Positions 8,966 through 18,327 are shown, counted from the first letter of the stretch. The stretch: 42,421 nt of DNA from Asticcacaulis sp. (GCA_047605065.1 JASGGL010000001.1:1-42421), one strand, 5' to 3'. Program-made: numbers and translations. The notes: generated from the letters alone by a model not told the origin.

Positions 8966-11900
8966 ATGACACGCCCATCGTCCGACCTGTCCCGACTCAG
9001 GGCCGCATTGAGCGCCAGCGCTCAGGCGGCAGCGCCTGAACGCGCCGCAGGTTTAGGGTGGTCGGTGCGCGCCATGCGCTATACCGTTGCGGCGGTTGCG
9101 CTGTCCGGTCTCGGTGTGGCCGGTCTGGCGGTCTCAGCGCCTCTGGTCGAAGAGGTTGCGGCGGCTCTGGCCCCTAAATCTGAAATCGACCTGCGCGTTG
9201 GCCGTAATGGCGGCATCGGGCGCGTGGAAATCTATGGATCGGTCGGGTCGCGTGCTTCGGTGCGCAACGACAAGGGGGCGCACGGCGAGAAGGTGGTGGT
9301 TATCCGCCTGCCGGGGCAGAAAACGCCGGACGTCGGTGATCTGCGCGTCAACCTGCCGCCGGGGGTAGAAAAGATCGACCTGCGCCGCGATTCGCGCGCC
9401 AGTGAAATCGTTCTGAGCCTCAGCGAAGGTGCGAAGGCGCGCTTTGGCCGCTCGGACGGGGCGGTCTTCGTGCAGCTTGAAACCAAGGATGCCAAGGGCG
9501 ATGTACCTCAGGTGCTGACGGCGGTGACCGCCGAAGACCGCGCCGAAGGTCTGCCGGTGTCTTCGGCGTCGGCATCTGTGGAGGCGGCCAAGCCTGCGGT
9601 GCCGGTGGTGGCGTTGAAGCAGGTGCGCCTCGAAGACGGAGCTCAGATCGATTTTCCTTTCCCCGAGGTGACGGGGGCTGCGGTTTTCCGCCGCGGTGAG
9701 GCGGTGTGGATCGTCTTCGACCGCGAAGTCGACCTCAGGCTTCCGGCGGGCTTAAGCGACGGCAAGATCATAAGCCGCGCCAACTGGGTCAAGAACGACG
9801 GTTTCACGGCGTTGCGTCTTGTCGCGCCCTCGGCGACAGGGTTGTCGGTCGATGCCGAAGGGGCGACCTGGCGTGTACGGATCGGCGGGCGCGCGCTGGA
9901 AGGCACAATGACCGAGGTCGCCGTCAAGCGCGACGATACGACCGGTTCGCCGACACTGGTGATGAATCTGGCCGGGGCCAAGCGCGTGGCGTGGATTCGC
10001 GACCCTATGGTCGGCGATCGTATCGCTGTCATTCCGGCACCGGGCCCGGCCAAGGCCGTGCGTGACGACCGCTCGACGCTTCAGGCATCGATCGGCACGA
10101 CGGCGCAGGGTATCATGATCGAGCGGATGACGCCGGACATCACGGTCAGCGTCGAAGGCGATCGCGTTGCGGTCACGCGTCCGGGCGGCCTGTTGCTGTC
10201 TTCGGACGGCGAGGGCATCCATAAGCCTGATCGCGCGGGTTTTAAGGCCGCCCTGTTCCCGACACTGCCGGATGCCTCATGGGGCGCGACGCCGCCCGAG
10301 GGTTTCCTCAAAACCTATAACAGCCTTCAGGAAGCCGCCGCCGAAGAGCAGGGACTGGGGGCCGAAAGCCCCTATGCCGCGCGTCTGGACCTGGCGCGTT
10401 TTCTGGTGGGGCAGGGGATGAATTTCGAGGCGCAGGGCGTGCTCGATCTGCTGACCCGCAACAATCCGCGTAGCCTTGGTGACCCTCAGGTGCGCGGTCT
10501 GCGCGTGGTGGCCAAGGCGATGGTCGGGCGTCTGTCCGATGCGCAGGTCGATCTGGATTCGACCGCGTTACTGAACGACCCGGCGGCCAATCTGTGGCGC
10601 GGCTATATCGCCGAACGCAATCGCCATCCCGAAGACGCGCGCAAGGCCTTTGCGGCGGGGGCGCCCGCGCTCGAAGCCTTCCCGGCGGAGTGGCGCACGC
10701 GCTTTGCGACGGCCAATGCCCGCGCGGCGCTGGCTCTGGGCGATACCAAGGCGGCGTGGGATCTGATCGTTTACGCCACCTCTCAGGACGTGCCGCCGCT
10801 CGACCGGCTTGAGGCGCAACTGGTGCAGGGCGAAATCATCGAGGCGCAGGGCGATAAGGCCCGCGCCATGCGTGTTTACGCGGCCATTGCCAAGGCGACG
10901 GCTGACCGGATCAATACGCCGGCGCAGTTACGCGCGTCGCGCCTGCGGCTTGAACTGGGCGAGGCCAAGCCCGACGACACGCTCAAGGCGATGAACGCTT
11001 TGCGGTTCCGCTGGCGCGGGGATGATACCGAGCTTGAGATCATCCGCACCATGGGCGACATCTATCTCACTCAGGGGCGCTATCGCGACGCGCTCGAAGT
11101 GCTGAAAAGCGGCGGCATGACCTTCTTTAGCCGTCCCGATGCCGTGGATATCAATCAGAAGCTCAATGCCGCCTTCCGCAGCCTGTTCCTCGACGGCATG
11201 GCCGACGGTCTTCAGCCGGTCGAGGCGCTGGGGCTCTATTTCGATTTCAAGGACCTGACGCCCGTGGGGGCCGACGGTGACGCCATGGTGCGCCGTATGG
11301 TGCGCCGCCTGATCGAGGTCGATCTGCTGTCTCAGGCCGCCGAACTTCTGCAATATCAGATCGATAACCGCCTTCAGGGCGTGGCGAAGTCCCAGATGGC
11401 GGCCGATCTGGCGGCCATCTATCTGATGAACCGTCAGCCGGAACAGGCGCTTCAGGCCCTGTGGAAGTCGCGCACGACCCTGCTGCCTAAGCCGATCCTG
11501 TCGGAGCGCCGTGTGCTTGAGGCCCGCGCGCTCAATGAACTGAACCAGATGGACCACGCTCTGGAGGTTTTGGGGACGGACATGTCGCCCGAAGCGCTGG
11601 ATGTGCGCGCCGATATCTTCTGGCGTCAGAAGGACTGGCCCAAGGCTGCGGCGCTTCTGGAAAAGCGTCTGGGGGAGCGCTGGAAAAAAGAGGGCAACCT
11701 GTCCTCCGCCGATGAAGCCAATCTGATCCGCGCAGGCGTTGCCTATAGTCTGGCCAGCGATCAGAAGGCGCTGGATCGTCTGTCGCAACGCTTCGGAAAA
11801 TTTGCCGACGGCGCACGTAATGGCGATGCGGTGCGCGTGGCGCTGGCCGGGCTGGATAATGGCCCGCTGCGGGCGTCCGATTTCGCTCAGGCGGCAGCGG

Positions 11901-12019
11901 CGACCGATAATTTCACCGCCTGGGTCGGCGCGATGAAACAGAAATTCCGCGAGCAGGACAAGACGCCGCCCGCGCCCGCCCAGCAGGCACAGGCCCCGGC
12001 TGCCGGGAAGACGGCGTGA
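8966..12019 (+). CDS. Large exported TPR-like protein, probably a flagellar motor accessory
   Basis: 1017 aa with an N-terminal hydrophobic segment, beta-rich N-terminal half and helical-repeat C-terminal half (LRFRWRGDDTEL). Follows the motE-like gene. Confidence 0.75.
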   Translation: MTRPSSDLSRLRAALSASAQAAAPERAAGLGWSVRAMRYTVAAVALSGLGVAGLAVSAPLVEEVAAALAPKSEIDLRVGRNGGIGRVEIYGSVGSRASVRNDKGAHGEKVVVIRLPGQKTPDVGDLRVNLPPGVEKIDLRRDSRASEIVLSLSEGAKARFGRSDGAVFVQLETKDAKGDVPQVLTAVTAEDRAEGLPVSSASASVEAAKPAVPVVALKQVRLEDGAQIDFPFPEVTGAAVFRRGEAVWIVFDREVDLRLPAGLSDGKIISRANWVKNDGFTALRLVAPSATGLSVDAEGATWRVRIGGRALEGTMTEVAVKRDDTTGSPTLVMNLAGAKRVAWIRDPMVGDRIAVIPAPGPAKAVRDDRSTLQASIGTTAQGIMIERMTPDITVSVEGDRVAVTRPGGLLLSSDGEGIHKPDRAGFKAALFPTLPDASWGATPPEGFLKTYNSLQEAAAEEQGLGAESPYAARLDLARFLVGQGMNFEAQGVLDLLTRNNPRSLGDPQVRGLRVVAKAMVGRLSDAQVDLDSTALLNDPAANLWRGYIAERNRHPEDARKAFAAGAPALEAFPAEWRTRFATANARAALALGDTKAAWDLIVYATSQDVPPLDRLEAQLVQGEIIEAQGDKARAMRVYAAIAKATADRINTPAQLRASRLRLELGEAKPDDTLKAMNALRFRWRGDDTELEIIRTMGDIYLTQGRYRDALEVLKSGGMTFFSRPDAVDINQKLNAAFRSLFLDGMADGLQPVEALGLYFDFKDLTPVGADGDAMVRRMVRRLIEVDLLSQAAELLQYQIDNRLQGVAKSQMAADLAAIYLMNRQPEQALQALWKSRTTLLPKPILSERRVLEARALNELNQMDHALEVLGTDMSPEALDVRADIFWRQKDWPKAAALLEKRLGERWKKEGNLSSADEANLIRAGVAYSLASDQKALDRLSQRFGKFADGARNGDAVRVALAGLDNGPLRASDFAQAAAATDNFTAWVGAMKQKFREQDKTPPAPAQQAQAPAAGKTA

Positions 12020-12456
12020 CGATCTGGTTTTACGCTCAGACAGAAGCGTATGCGGAATTTTCCAACTTTTCGCCGCATGGCATCGAAATGGACGGCGTTT
12101 GGTGGCCGACTGTTGAGCACTATTTTCAGGCGCAGAAGTTTGTCGACTCAGCCTATTGCGCGCGCATCGCCAAGGCATCAACGCCTAAAATGGCCAAATC
12201 ACTGGGGCAGTCGAGGGCGTTTGTCATCTGGCCGGATTGGGACGCGCGGCGTGACGCTGTAATGGCTGCGGCCATTCGTAAAAAGTTCGGGACTCATGCC
12301 GCATTGGGCAAACTTCTCCTGTCTACGGAGCAGGAGGAACTGGCTGAGGCCTCTCCTAACGACTTCTATTGGGGCGTTGGAGGCGATGGGAGCGGTCAGA
12401 ACCGCTTGGGGCAGATACTGATGCAGGTGAGGGAAGAACTGCGGAACAAAATCTGA
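12016..12456 (+). CDS. NADAR (YbiA-like) family hydrolase
   Basis: FSNF, WPTVEHYFQAQKF, EASPNDFYWG and GQNRLGQILMQVRE motifs. GTGA overlap with the upstream gene. Confidence 0.92.
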   Translation: MTIWFYAQTEAYAEFSNFSPHGIEMDGVWWPTVEHYFQAQKFVDSAYCARIAKASTPKMAKSLGQSRAFVIWPDWDARRDAVMAAAIRKKFGTHAALGKLLLSTEQEELAEASPNDFYWGVGGDGSGQNRLGQILMQVREELRNKI

Positions 12457-12479
12457 GGCAGGCTAGGCCTGCCTCAGAT
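12451..12479. terminator. Perfect 13-bp inverted repeat between convergent NADAR and dsbA
   Basis: ATCTGAGGCAGGC-TAG-GCCTGCCTCAGAT, with no clear U tract. Confidence 0.55.
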
Positions 12480-12495
12480 GTAATCCGTCCGTCGC

Positions 12496-13146
12496 TTATT
12501 TCTTCAGCAGCGGTTCGATTTCGGCTTCGATTTCGCTCAGGTCGTAACGGTTGAGGTGGACCGTCTTGCCGTTGATCAGGAAGGTCGGCGTGCCGGTCAC
12601 GCCCGCGCCGATGGCCTGCTGGTTCAGTTCGTTCAGCTTATCCAGTCCGCTGGTATCGGTGACGCAGGCGTTGAACTGCGCCTCGCTCAGGCCCGACGAT
12701 TGCGCAATACGCAGCAGGACCGGACGGGCATTGGCGTATTGCTCGGGCGCGCCGCCCTGATCCATTTCCGGCTGAGCGCGCATGATGGAGTCGATCACCG
12801 TCATGGCCTTATCCTTGGCCACGCAGTTGGCCAGCATGTGGCCCGCGGCTGCGACCGCAGCATTGCCGGTCATCATCGGGCGATAGACGTAGCGCACCTT
12901 GCCCGTGTCGACGTATTTCTTGGTGAACTCCGGCATCATCTTTTCATTGACCTGCGCGCAGATCGGGCAGGCGACAGACGCATATTCGACCACGGTGACC
13001 GGCGCATCCGCCTTGCCAAGCGTAAGTTCGTCCACGCTGATCTTTCCGCCCGCAGGTGACTGCCCGCAGCCGCTGAGCGCGAGTGCGCCAATGCCCAGAA
13101 CCGCGAACACGGCGTGGCGGCGTAGGAAAGACAGGTGTGCGGACAT
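12496..13146 (-). CDS. DsbA-family thioredoxin-like lipoprotein
   Basis: Lipobox LALSGC, GKADAPVTVVEYAS, active site CPIC and cis-Pro motif GTPTF. Confidence 0.9.
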   Translation of the reverse strand: MSAHLSFLRRHAVFAVLGIGALALSGCGQSPAGGKISVDELTLGKADAPVTVVEYASVACPICAQVNEKMMPEFTKKYVDTGKVRYVYRPMMTGNAAVAAAGHMLANCVAKDKAMTVIDSIMRAQPEMDQGGAPEQYANARPVLLRIAQSSGLSEAQFNACVTDTSGLDKLNELNQQAIGAGVTGTPTFLINGKTVHLNRYDLSEIEAEIEPLLKK

Positions 13147-13586
13147 ATAGACCCCCGAAATAAAAAGCAGGCACCGGTGACAGGCGGCGCATTTACGCCG
13201 GATGTGCGGCAAAGAAGCGGGCGGAATTATGACGCATCATTCGGGAGCTTTGTCCTGAGGTAAGCGCGGGTGCGGTAATCACATCCGCGTTATCACTGTC
13301 CGGATTCGCTTTGTGGCGATCATGAGGCCATGTAATATATTCCCATTCTCCGGATTAACGGAGTTGTAATTAGAACCAAGGATTATGATCGCCAACTGAA
13401 AAGCATAGCCACTCTGACTTATGCGTGGCCTCTGAAATAATACGGAAATCGCATGATTTTTTTAATCTTGCACGACCGTTCGCTAGTCGAAATCTCGACC
13501 CGGCCCATATTTGCTTTACTTGCGATCAAGCCCCCGAAACCAAGACGATGCCAACCCTTTTCAGGGCGCGTATCTTTTTGTCTGAA

Positions 13587-13631
13587 GCGATATGCCCAAA
13601 AGTGTGAAGCGGTTTTGGGCAAAAATATCGC
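13587..13631. repeat. Palindromic intergenic repeat (CIR/BRU-RS-like hairpin unit)
   Basis: GCGATAT-GCCCAAAAGTGTGAAGCGGTTTTGGGC-AAAA-ATATCGC. A related inverted copy is at 34371-34414. Confidence 0.65.
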
Positions 13632-13705
13632 GACCACTCTAAATCTCCTCCCTCTGACATGAAAGGACGGAACGCGCGGCATAGGGCCGCGCGCCGGTAA
13701 AACAC

Positions 13706-14587
13706 ATGAATCTCAACTCGATCAAATCGGCCCCGAAACTGTCGCGCAAATGGGCGGTCTATGGCCCGCTGGGCGCGCTGGCTCTGGTGGCCCTGTTCGG
13801 TCTGGCCTCGTGCGGTCAGACGATCCAGCCGGGTAATGTCGGCGTGAAGATCCGTACGCTGGGGCCTAACGCGGGCGTCGATCGCACGGCCTTGCCGTCG
13901 GGCTGGCACCTCAACCTGATCGGTGAGCGCATCGTCGAGTTCCCGGCGATCCAGCGCACCTACACCTATACCCGTGAGCAGGACGAGCGCGGTCCGGAAA
14001 ACGAGGAGATCAACTTCTCGGACAACAACGCCCTGCCGATGACGGCGGACGTTCAACTGGTCATGCGTATCGATGCGGGTAAAGCGCCTGAGCTTTACAA
14101 GCGCTACCGCCTGACCTTCGATCAGATGTTCGAAGGCCCGATCCGCAACGACGTGCGTTCGGCCATCGCGGCGGAAACCGAACTGGTCAGCGTCGAGTTC
14201 CTCTATCGCGGCGGCCGTCAGGCGGTGATCCAGAAAGCGCTGGCCCGCGTCAACCGCAAGTGGGAGCCGCAGGGCGTCAATATCAGCCAGCTCGACTGGA
14301 TCGGCACCATCCGCTACCCGCAGGTGATCCTCGACTCGATCCAGGCCAAGACCAAGGCCGACGCCGATGCCGCCGCCGCTCAGGCGCAGGTGGCCGTGGC
14401 CAAGGCGCAGGCCGACGCCAAGATCGAAGAGGCCCGTGGTCAGGCCGAGGCCAACCGCCTGATCGCCCAGTCGATCGCCGCCAGCCCCGGCGTCGTTCAA
14501 CTGCGTGCCATTGAAAAGTGGGACGGCAAGATGCCTCAGGTCACCGGTTCGGCCACGCCGTTCATCGACCTGAAGAAGGTCGACTAA
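13706..14587 (+). CDS. SPFH/band-7 (prohibitin-like) domain protein, possible lipoprotein
   Basis: LFGLASC, IQPGNVGVK, Ala/Gln coiled coil ARGQAEAN and IEKWDGKMP. Confidence 0.9.
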   Translation: MNLNSIKSAPKLSRKWAVYGPLGALALVALFGLASCGQTIQPGNVGVKIRTLGPNAGVDRTALPSGWHLNLIGERIVEFPAIQRTYTYTREQDERGPENEEINFSDNNALPMTADVQLVMRIDAGKAPELYKRYRLTFDQMFEGPIRNDVRSAIAAETELVSVEFLYRGGRQAVIQKALARVNRKWEPQGVNISQLDWIGTIRYPQVILDSIQAKTKADADAAAAQAQVAVAKAQADAKIEEARGQAEANRLIAQSIAASPGVVQLRAIEKWDGKMPQVTGSATPFIDLKKVD

Positions 14588-14597
14588 AACACCAGCC

Positions 14598-14622
14598 GGA
14601 GGAGGGGCTGTGCCTCTCCTCC
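14598..14622 (+). terminator. Hairpin after the SPFH gene
   Basis: GGAGGAGGGG-loop-CCTCTCCTCC with a weak U tract. Confidence 0.4.
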
Positions 14623-14713
14623 ACCCGCCGGGCGGCCTTGCCGCTGTCCGGACCATGGATTAAGGTTTTCAACAGACTGGCGGCCTCCGATGACGCCGCG
14701 TTAGGGGGATGAC

Positions 14714-15631
14714 ATGAAACTGACTATCGACTTCGCCTTTGCCGGCGCAGAGATCATTCGCAAGCACCCGATGGCGGTGCTGTCGTGGGGAGTGGCCTAT
14801 CTGGTGCTCAGCGTCGTGACGACCATTCTGACGGTTGTTCTGGGCGGGGAGGCTCTGGCGACCCTGATGAGCTACAACCAGAACCCGCCGTCCGATCCAT
14901 TGGCCGTGTTTGAGCCCATGGGGGCGCTGGCACCAATCTGGGCGATCAGTTGCGTACTCAGCCTGCTGGTGGGTGCGATTATTCAGTGCGCGGTTTACCG
15001 CAGCCAGTTACAGCCGCAGGCCTCAGGGCTGGGCTTCATGCAGTTGGGTGGCGCGGAAATCCGTCAGATATTCGTGACCATTCTGTGGATTCTGGCGATT
15101 ATCGTCTTCTATATTCTTTTTGGCATCGTGATCGGTATTCTTCTGGCTGTCTCCGGGGCGGTGTCGCAATCCAGTTCGCTGGCTGGCGGTCTGATGACCT
15201 TCTTCACTATCGGCTTCGCCATCGTGGCCTTCCTTTACATCCTTAGCCGCTGGTCGCTGGTGGCGATCCAGAGCTTTGCCGAGGGCCGGATCAATATCTT
15301 CGGCAGTTTTGCCCTGACCAAGGGCAATGGCTGGATACTGTTCGGTGGTTACGCGCTGCTGACGATCATTGCGCTGCTGGTCGTATCGCTGATCTATGCC
15401 ATTCTGGCGGCGGTCACGATGGGCACAGGCGGCGATATCGTCACCGCCTTCAGCCAGATGCAACGTCCGGATCTCAGCTCGGTGCAGGCGCTGTTCACCC
15501 CGGCCTATATCGTACAGACCCTGGTGGGGGCGGTGCTGTCGGGTGTGTTTTATGCCCTCTTCTACGGGGCATCGGTGGCGGCTTATCAGGCCCTGAGCGC
15601 CAAGAAGGTCGACGCTTCGGCGGTGTTCTAA
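14714..15631 (+). CDS. Hypothetical polytopic membrane protein
   Basis: 305 aa with about 6-7 hydrophobic segments and an SFALTKGNGW motif. No confident family call. Confidence 0.8.
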   Translation: MKLTIDFAFAGAEIIRKHPMAVLSWGVAYLVLSVVTTILTVVLGGEALATLMSYNQNPPSDPLAVFEPMGALAPIWAISCVLSLLVGAIIQCAVYRSQLQPQASGLGFMQLGGAEIRQIFVTILWILAIIVFYILFGIVIGILLAVSGAVSQSSSLAGGLMTFFTIGFAIVAFLYILSRWSLVAIQSFAEGRINIFGSFALTKGNGWILFGGYALLTIIALLVVSLIYAILAAVTMGTGGDIVTAFSQMQRPDLSSVQALFTPAYIVQTLVGAVLSGVFYALFYGASVAAYQALSAKKVDASAVF

Positions 15632-15650
15632 GACGGGATGAAGGGCGGTG

Positions 15651-16454
15651 TTACCCGCCGCCCTTCATAAAGCTTTCGACCAGCGCGCCGCAGGTCAGTC
15701 GCCAGCCGTCGACCAGCACGAAAAAGATCAGCTTGAACGGCAGGGACACCACGACCGGCGGCAGCATCATCATGCCCATGCTCATCAGCACCGAAGCGAC
15801 CACAAGGTCGATAACGAGGAAGGGCAGGAACAGGAAGAAGCCGATCATGAAGGCGGTCTTCAGTTCCGAGATCATGAAGGCAGGTGTGATGACTGTGACC
15901 GGCAAGTCCATATTGTCGGCGGGCTTTTCGACCTTGGACAGGCGGATGAACAGGTTGAGATCGGCGGCGTCGACCTGAGACAGCATGAAGGTCTTGACCG
16001 GCTCCGACGCGGCATCGAAGGCCTGAGGCAGTTCCATCTCCTGATCCATCAGCGGGCGGATACCTGCGTCATAGGCCGCCTGATAGGTAGGGGCCATGAC
16101 CACTGCCGACAGGAACATGGCCAGTGAGATCAGAACGGCATTGGGCGGGCTCTGTTGCAGGCCCAGCGCGGTTCTGAGAAGTGATAATACGACCACGATC
16201 CGGATGAAGGAGGTGGTCATGATGACGATAGACGGCGCCAGCGACAGGACGGTCAGCAGGCCCACCATCTGAACCACGCGCGCGGTCAGGCCGCCGCCTT
16301 GCCCCAGATCGAGATTGATCGACTGCGCCAGCACGTCGCCGGGGAAGATCATCAGGGCAAAGCCGAGAATGCCGCCCAGAAGCGTAATCGCATAGTCGCG
16401 TTTACGCATCGGTTTGCCGGGAATTTGCCGGAAAAGAGCGGGGAGGCGACGCAT
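15651..16454 (-). CDS. fliP: Flagellar export pore protein FliP
   Basis: LTVLSLAPSIVIMTTSFIRI, QSPPNAVL, PAFMISELKTAF and MGMMMLPP..LPFKL. ATG overlaps the fliO stop. Confidence 0.96.
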   Translation of the reverse strand: MRRLPALFRQIPGKPMRKRDYAITLLGGILGFALMIFPGDVLAQSINLDLGQGGGLTARVVQMVGLLTVLSLAPSIVIMTTSFIRIVVVLSLLRTALGLQQSPPNAVLISLAMFLSAVVMAPTYQAAYDAGIRPLMDQEMELPQAFDAASEPVKTFMLSQVDAADLNLFIRLSKVEKPADNMDLPVTVITPAFMISELKTAFMIGFFLFLPFLVIDLVVASVLMSMGMMMLPPVVVSLPFKLIFFVLVDGWRLTCGALVESFMKGGG

Positions 16455-16783
16455 CAGGATACCGGGCGGCTGGAGACGGTGGGTGTGGCGGGTTTCGTCG
16501 TCTGGGTCGTCTGCGGACGGGGTTGGCGCGGCTCGATCAGTTCCTGACCTTCGCCGAGCAGCAGCAGACGCTCTTCGTCGTCGATGCGCACCAGAACGAG
16601 GCGGCGGGCCGGGTCGAGCACAAGGGTTTCCACCACCCGCATGCGCTGTTCGCCGCGCTGAGCCTGAAGCCGCGCCAGAAACTGCGGCGCATACCGGCGC
16701 AGGACGTAGGCAAGACCCACGACCAGCCCGAGGACGATAGCGAGCGCAAAGGCCGCCCGCATGAGATTCAGGAATATGTCCAT
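16454..16783 (-). CDS. fliO: Flagellar biosynthesis protein FliO
   Basis: TM followed by RMRVVETLVLDPARRLVLVRIDDEERLLLLG. Coupled to fliP. Confidence 0.88.
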   Translation of the reverse strand: MDIFLNLMRAAFALAIVLGLVVGLAYVLRRYAPQFLARLQAQRGEQRMRVVETLVLDPARRLVLVRIDDEERLLLLGEGQELIEPRQPRPQTTQTTKPATPTVSSRPVS

Positions 16784-16860
16784 CGGGCCCGCCCCTCCAG
16801 AGGATATTTCGCTCAAGTGGGCACCGGTTGAGCGTTAAAAAATGCGACAAATCAGGATCT

Positions 16861-16900
16861 TAGAGCGCGTTGGCGATCCGGCCGGAACGAAACGTGCTCT
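16861..16900. repeat. Short palindromic element starting TAGAGC (possible CIR-like remnant)
   Basis: AGAGCGCGTT...TCCGGCCGGA...AACGTGCTCT inverted repeat. Confidence 0.4.
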
Positions 16901-16928
16901 CACTTACGCCTACATGCCGCTCAAAGGC

Positions 16929-16966
16929 TTAAAGTCTCGTTAACCAAAAGGGGGGCATATTTTGCC
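16929..16966 (+). promoter_or_regulatory. CtrA box plus GGCA-N5-TGCC element upstream of flgB
   Basis: Perfect TTAA-N7-TTAAC at 16929-16944, then GGCATATTTTGCC at 16954-16966. Confidence 0.85.
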
Positions 16967-17026
16967 TGCCCATTCTGACGTGTGGTCTGAATAGGCTGAG
17001 TCGCCGGCCATACGTAAGGTGTTGCC

Positions 17027-17440
17027 ATGAGTATTGATGATGTCGGCCTTCTGGGCGCGCTGAAAAGCAAGATGGGCTGGCTGTCCCAGCGTCAGAAGCT
17101 GGTTGCGCAGAACGTGGCCAATGCGACGACGCCGGGTTTTAAGCCACGCGATCTCAAGACGATGGACTTTGCCGCCGTCATGAAGGGACAGCAAGAACAG
17201 ACGGGGCTGGGTCTCACCCTGACCAACAGCGGTCACATGAGCGTCGAAGGCGAGGGGCGGTTTACGCCCAAGGCCGTGGTGACGCCGGACTCCGAAACGA
17301 CCATGGACGGCAATTCGGTCGTGCTGGAAGAGCAGATGCTCAAAATGGCCGAAAGCCGCATGCAGTACGAAGCCGCTATCGGCTTTTATCAGAAGTCTCT
17401 GGGCCTGATCCGCATGGCGGGCAAGGCACCGGGCAAGTAA
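17027..17440 (+). CDS. flgB: Flagellar basal-body rod protein FlgB
   Basis: RQKLVAQNVANATTPGFKPRD and DGNSVVLEEQM. Confidence 0.96.
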   Translation: MSIDDVGLLGALKSKMGWLSQRQKLVAQNVANATTPGFKPRDLKTMDFAAVMKGQQEQTGLGLTLTNSGHMSVEGEGRFTPKAVVTPDSETTMDGNSVVLEEQMLKMAESRMQYEAAIGFYQKSLGLIRMAGKAPGK

Positions 17441-17456
17441 GAGAAGGGTTGCGTAA

Positions 17457-17879
17457 ATGCCGATCAATAAGGTCACCGAAACCCATCCGACCATGTCCGT
17501 GGCGGCCAGCGCGCTCAGGGCGCAGCAGGCGCGCATGCGTATCATCGCTGAAAACATCGCCAATGCCGATTCGACCGGCCAGACGCCGGGCGCCGACCCT
17601 TATCGCCGTCAGGTCCCGGTATTCGAAGCCAATAAGATCGACGGTGCCATGGGCGTCAAGCTGGCGGCGGTGAAGCCCGATACCTCGGATTTCACCATGG
17701 AATACGACCCCAGCCACCCTGCGGCCGATGCGCGCGGCTACGTCAAGCGGCCCAATGTCAATTCGCTGATCGAAAGCATGGATATGCGCGACGCTCAGCG
17801 GGCCTACGAGGCCAATCTCAACGTCATCGAGACGGCGCGTTCGATGGAACAGAAAACGCTCGATATTCTGAAAAGGTAA
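17457..17879 (+). CDS. flgC: Flagellar basal-body rod protein FlgC
   Basis: IIAENIANADST, DPYRRQ, YDPSHPAAD..GYV..PNVN and RAYEAN. Confidence 0.97.
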   Translation: MPINKVTETHPTMSVAASALRAQQARMRIIAENIANADSTGQTPGADPYRRQVPVFEANKIDGAMGVKLAAVKPDTSDFTMEYDPSHPAADARGYVKRPNVNSLIESMDMRDAQRAYEANLNVIETARSMEQKTLDILKR

Positions 17880-17883
17880 GTAG

Positions 17884-18192
17884 ATGAATCCGTTACTCGC
17901 CGCCAAGGCCTACGGGGCCGTTCAGAAGCAGGTATCCGGTCTCCATGACGAGGCTCAGCGTTCGAACGATGTCGGCGCAGCCTTCTCCAAGGTGCTTCAG
18001 GGCGCGGTTCAGCAAACCTATGGGGCCACCCAGAACGCCGAAACCCAGATGGCTCTGCATTCTCAGGGCAAGGCTGAATTGATCGACGCGGTGACCGCCG
18101 TCGCCTCCGCTGAGGCATCTCTGGAAAGCGTCATCGCCATTCGCGATCAGGTGATTAGTGCCTACCAGGAAATTCTGCGAATGCCGATCTGA
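17884..18192 (+). CDS. fliE: Flagellar hook-basal body protein FliE
   Basis: C-terminal IRDQVISAYQEILRMPI. Follows flgBC. Confidence 0.95.
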   Translation: MNPLLAAKAYGAVQKQVSGLHDEAQRSNDVGAAFSKVLQGAVQQTYGATQNAETQMALHSQGKAELIDAVTAVASAEASLESVIAIRDQVISAYQEILRMPI

Positions 18193-18327
18193 AAAACGGG
18201 GGTCTTTGGCCGTCTGGTGTGTCGGCTGCACTTGCCCGTATTTATATACGGGCGGCATTTGCCTCCTGCCATCCGGCGCAAATCTCCCCATTTTTCACCA
18301 CGGATATCGTTCACGCCAGGCAGATAA

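Noticed and set aside
12016-12456. Complete DarT1-NADAR toxin-antitoxin or defence system
   Set aside because: No ADP-ribosyltransferase gene is adjacent or elsewhere in the window.
13706-14587. SPFH gene as a prophage remnant
   Set aside because: Similar SPFH proteins occur in phages, but codon usage here is host-like and there are no phage genes or att sites nearby.
16455-16850. Extended 399-aa FliP from the ORF track
   Set aside because: The extension overlaps fliO in another frame. The TGATG-coupled ATG at 16454 is the more plausible start.
16952-16965. Sigma-54 promoter for flgB
   Set aside because: GG-N10-GC can be forced, but the TGGCAC context is missing. The adjacent perfect CtrA box and the matching fliQ motif explain the site better.
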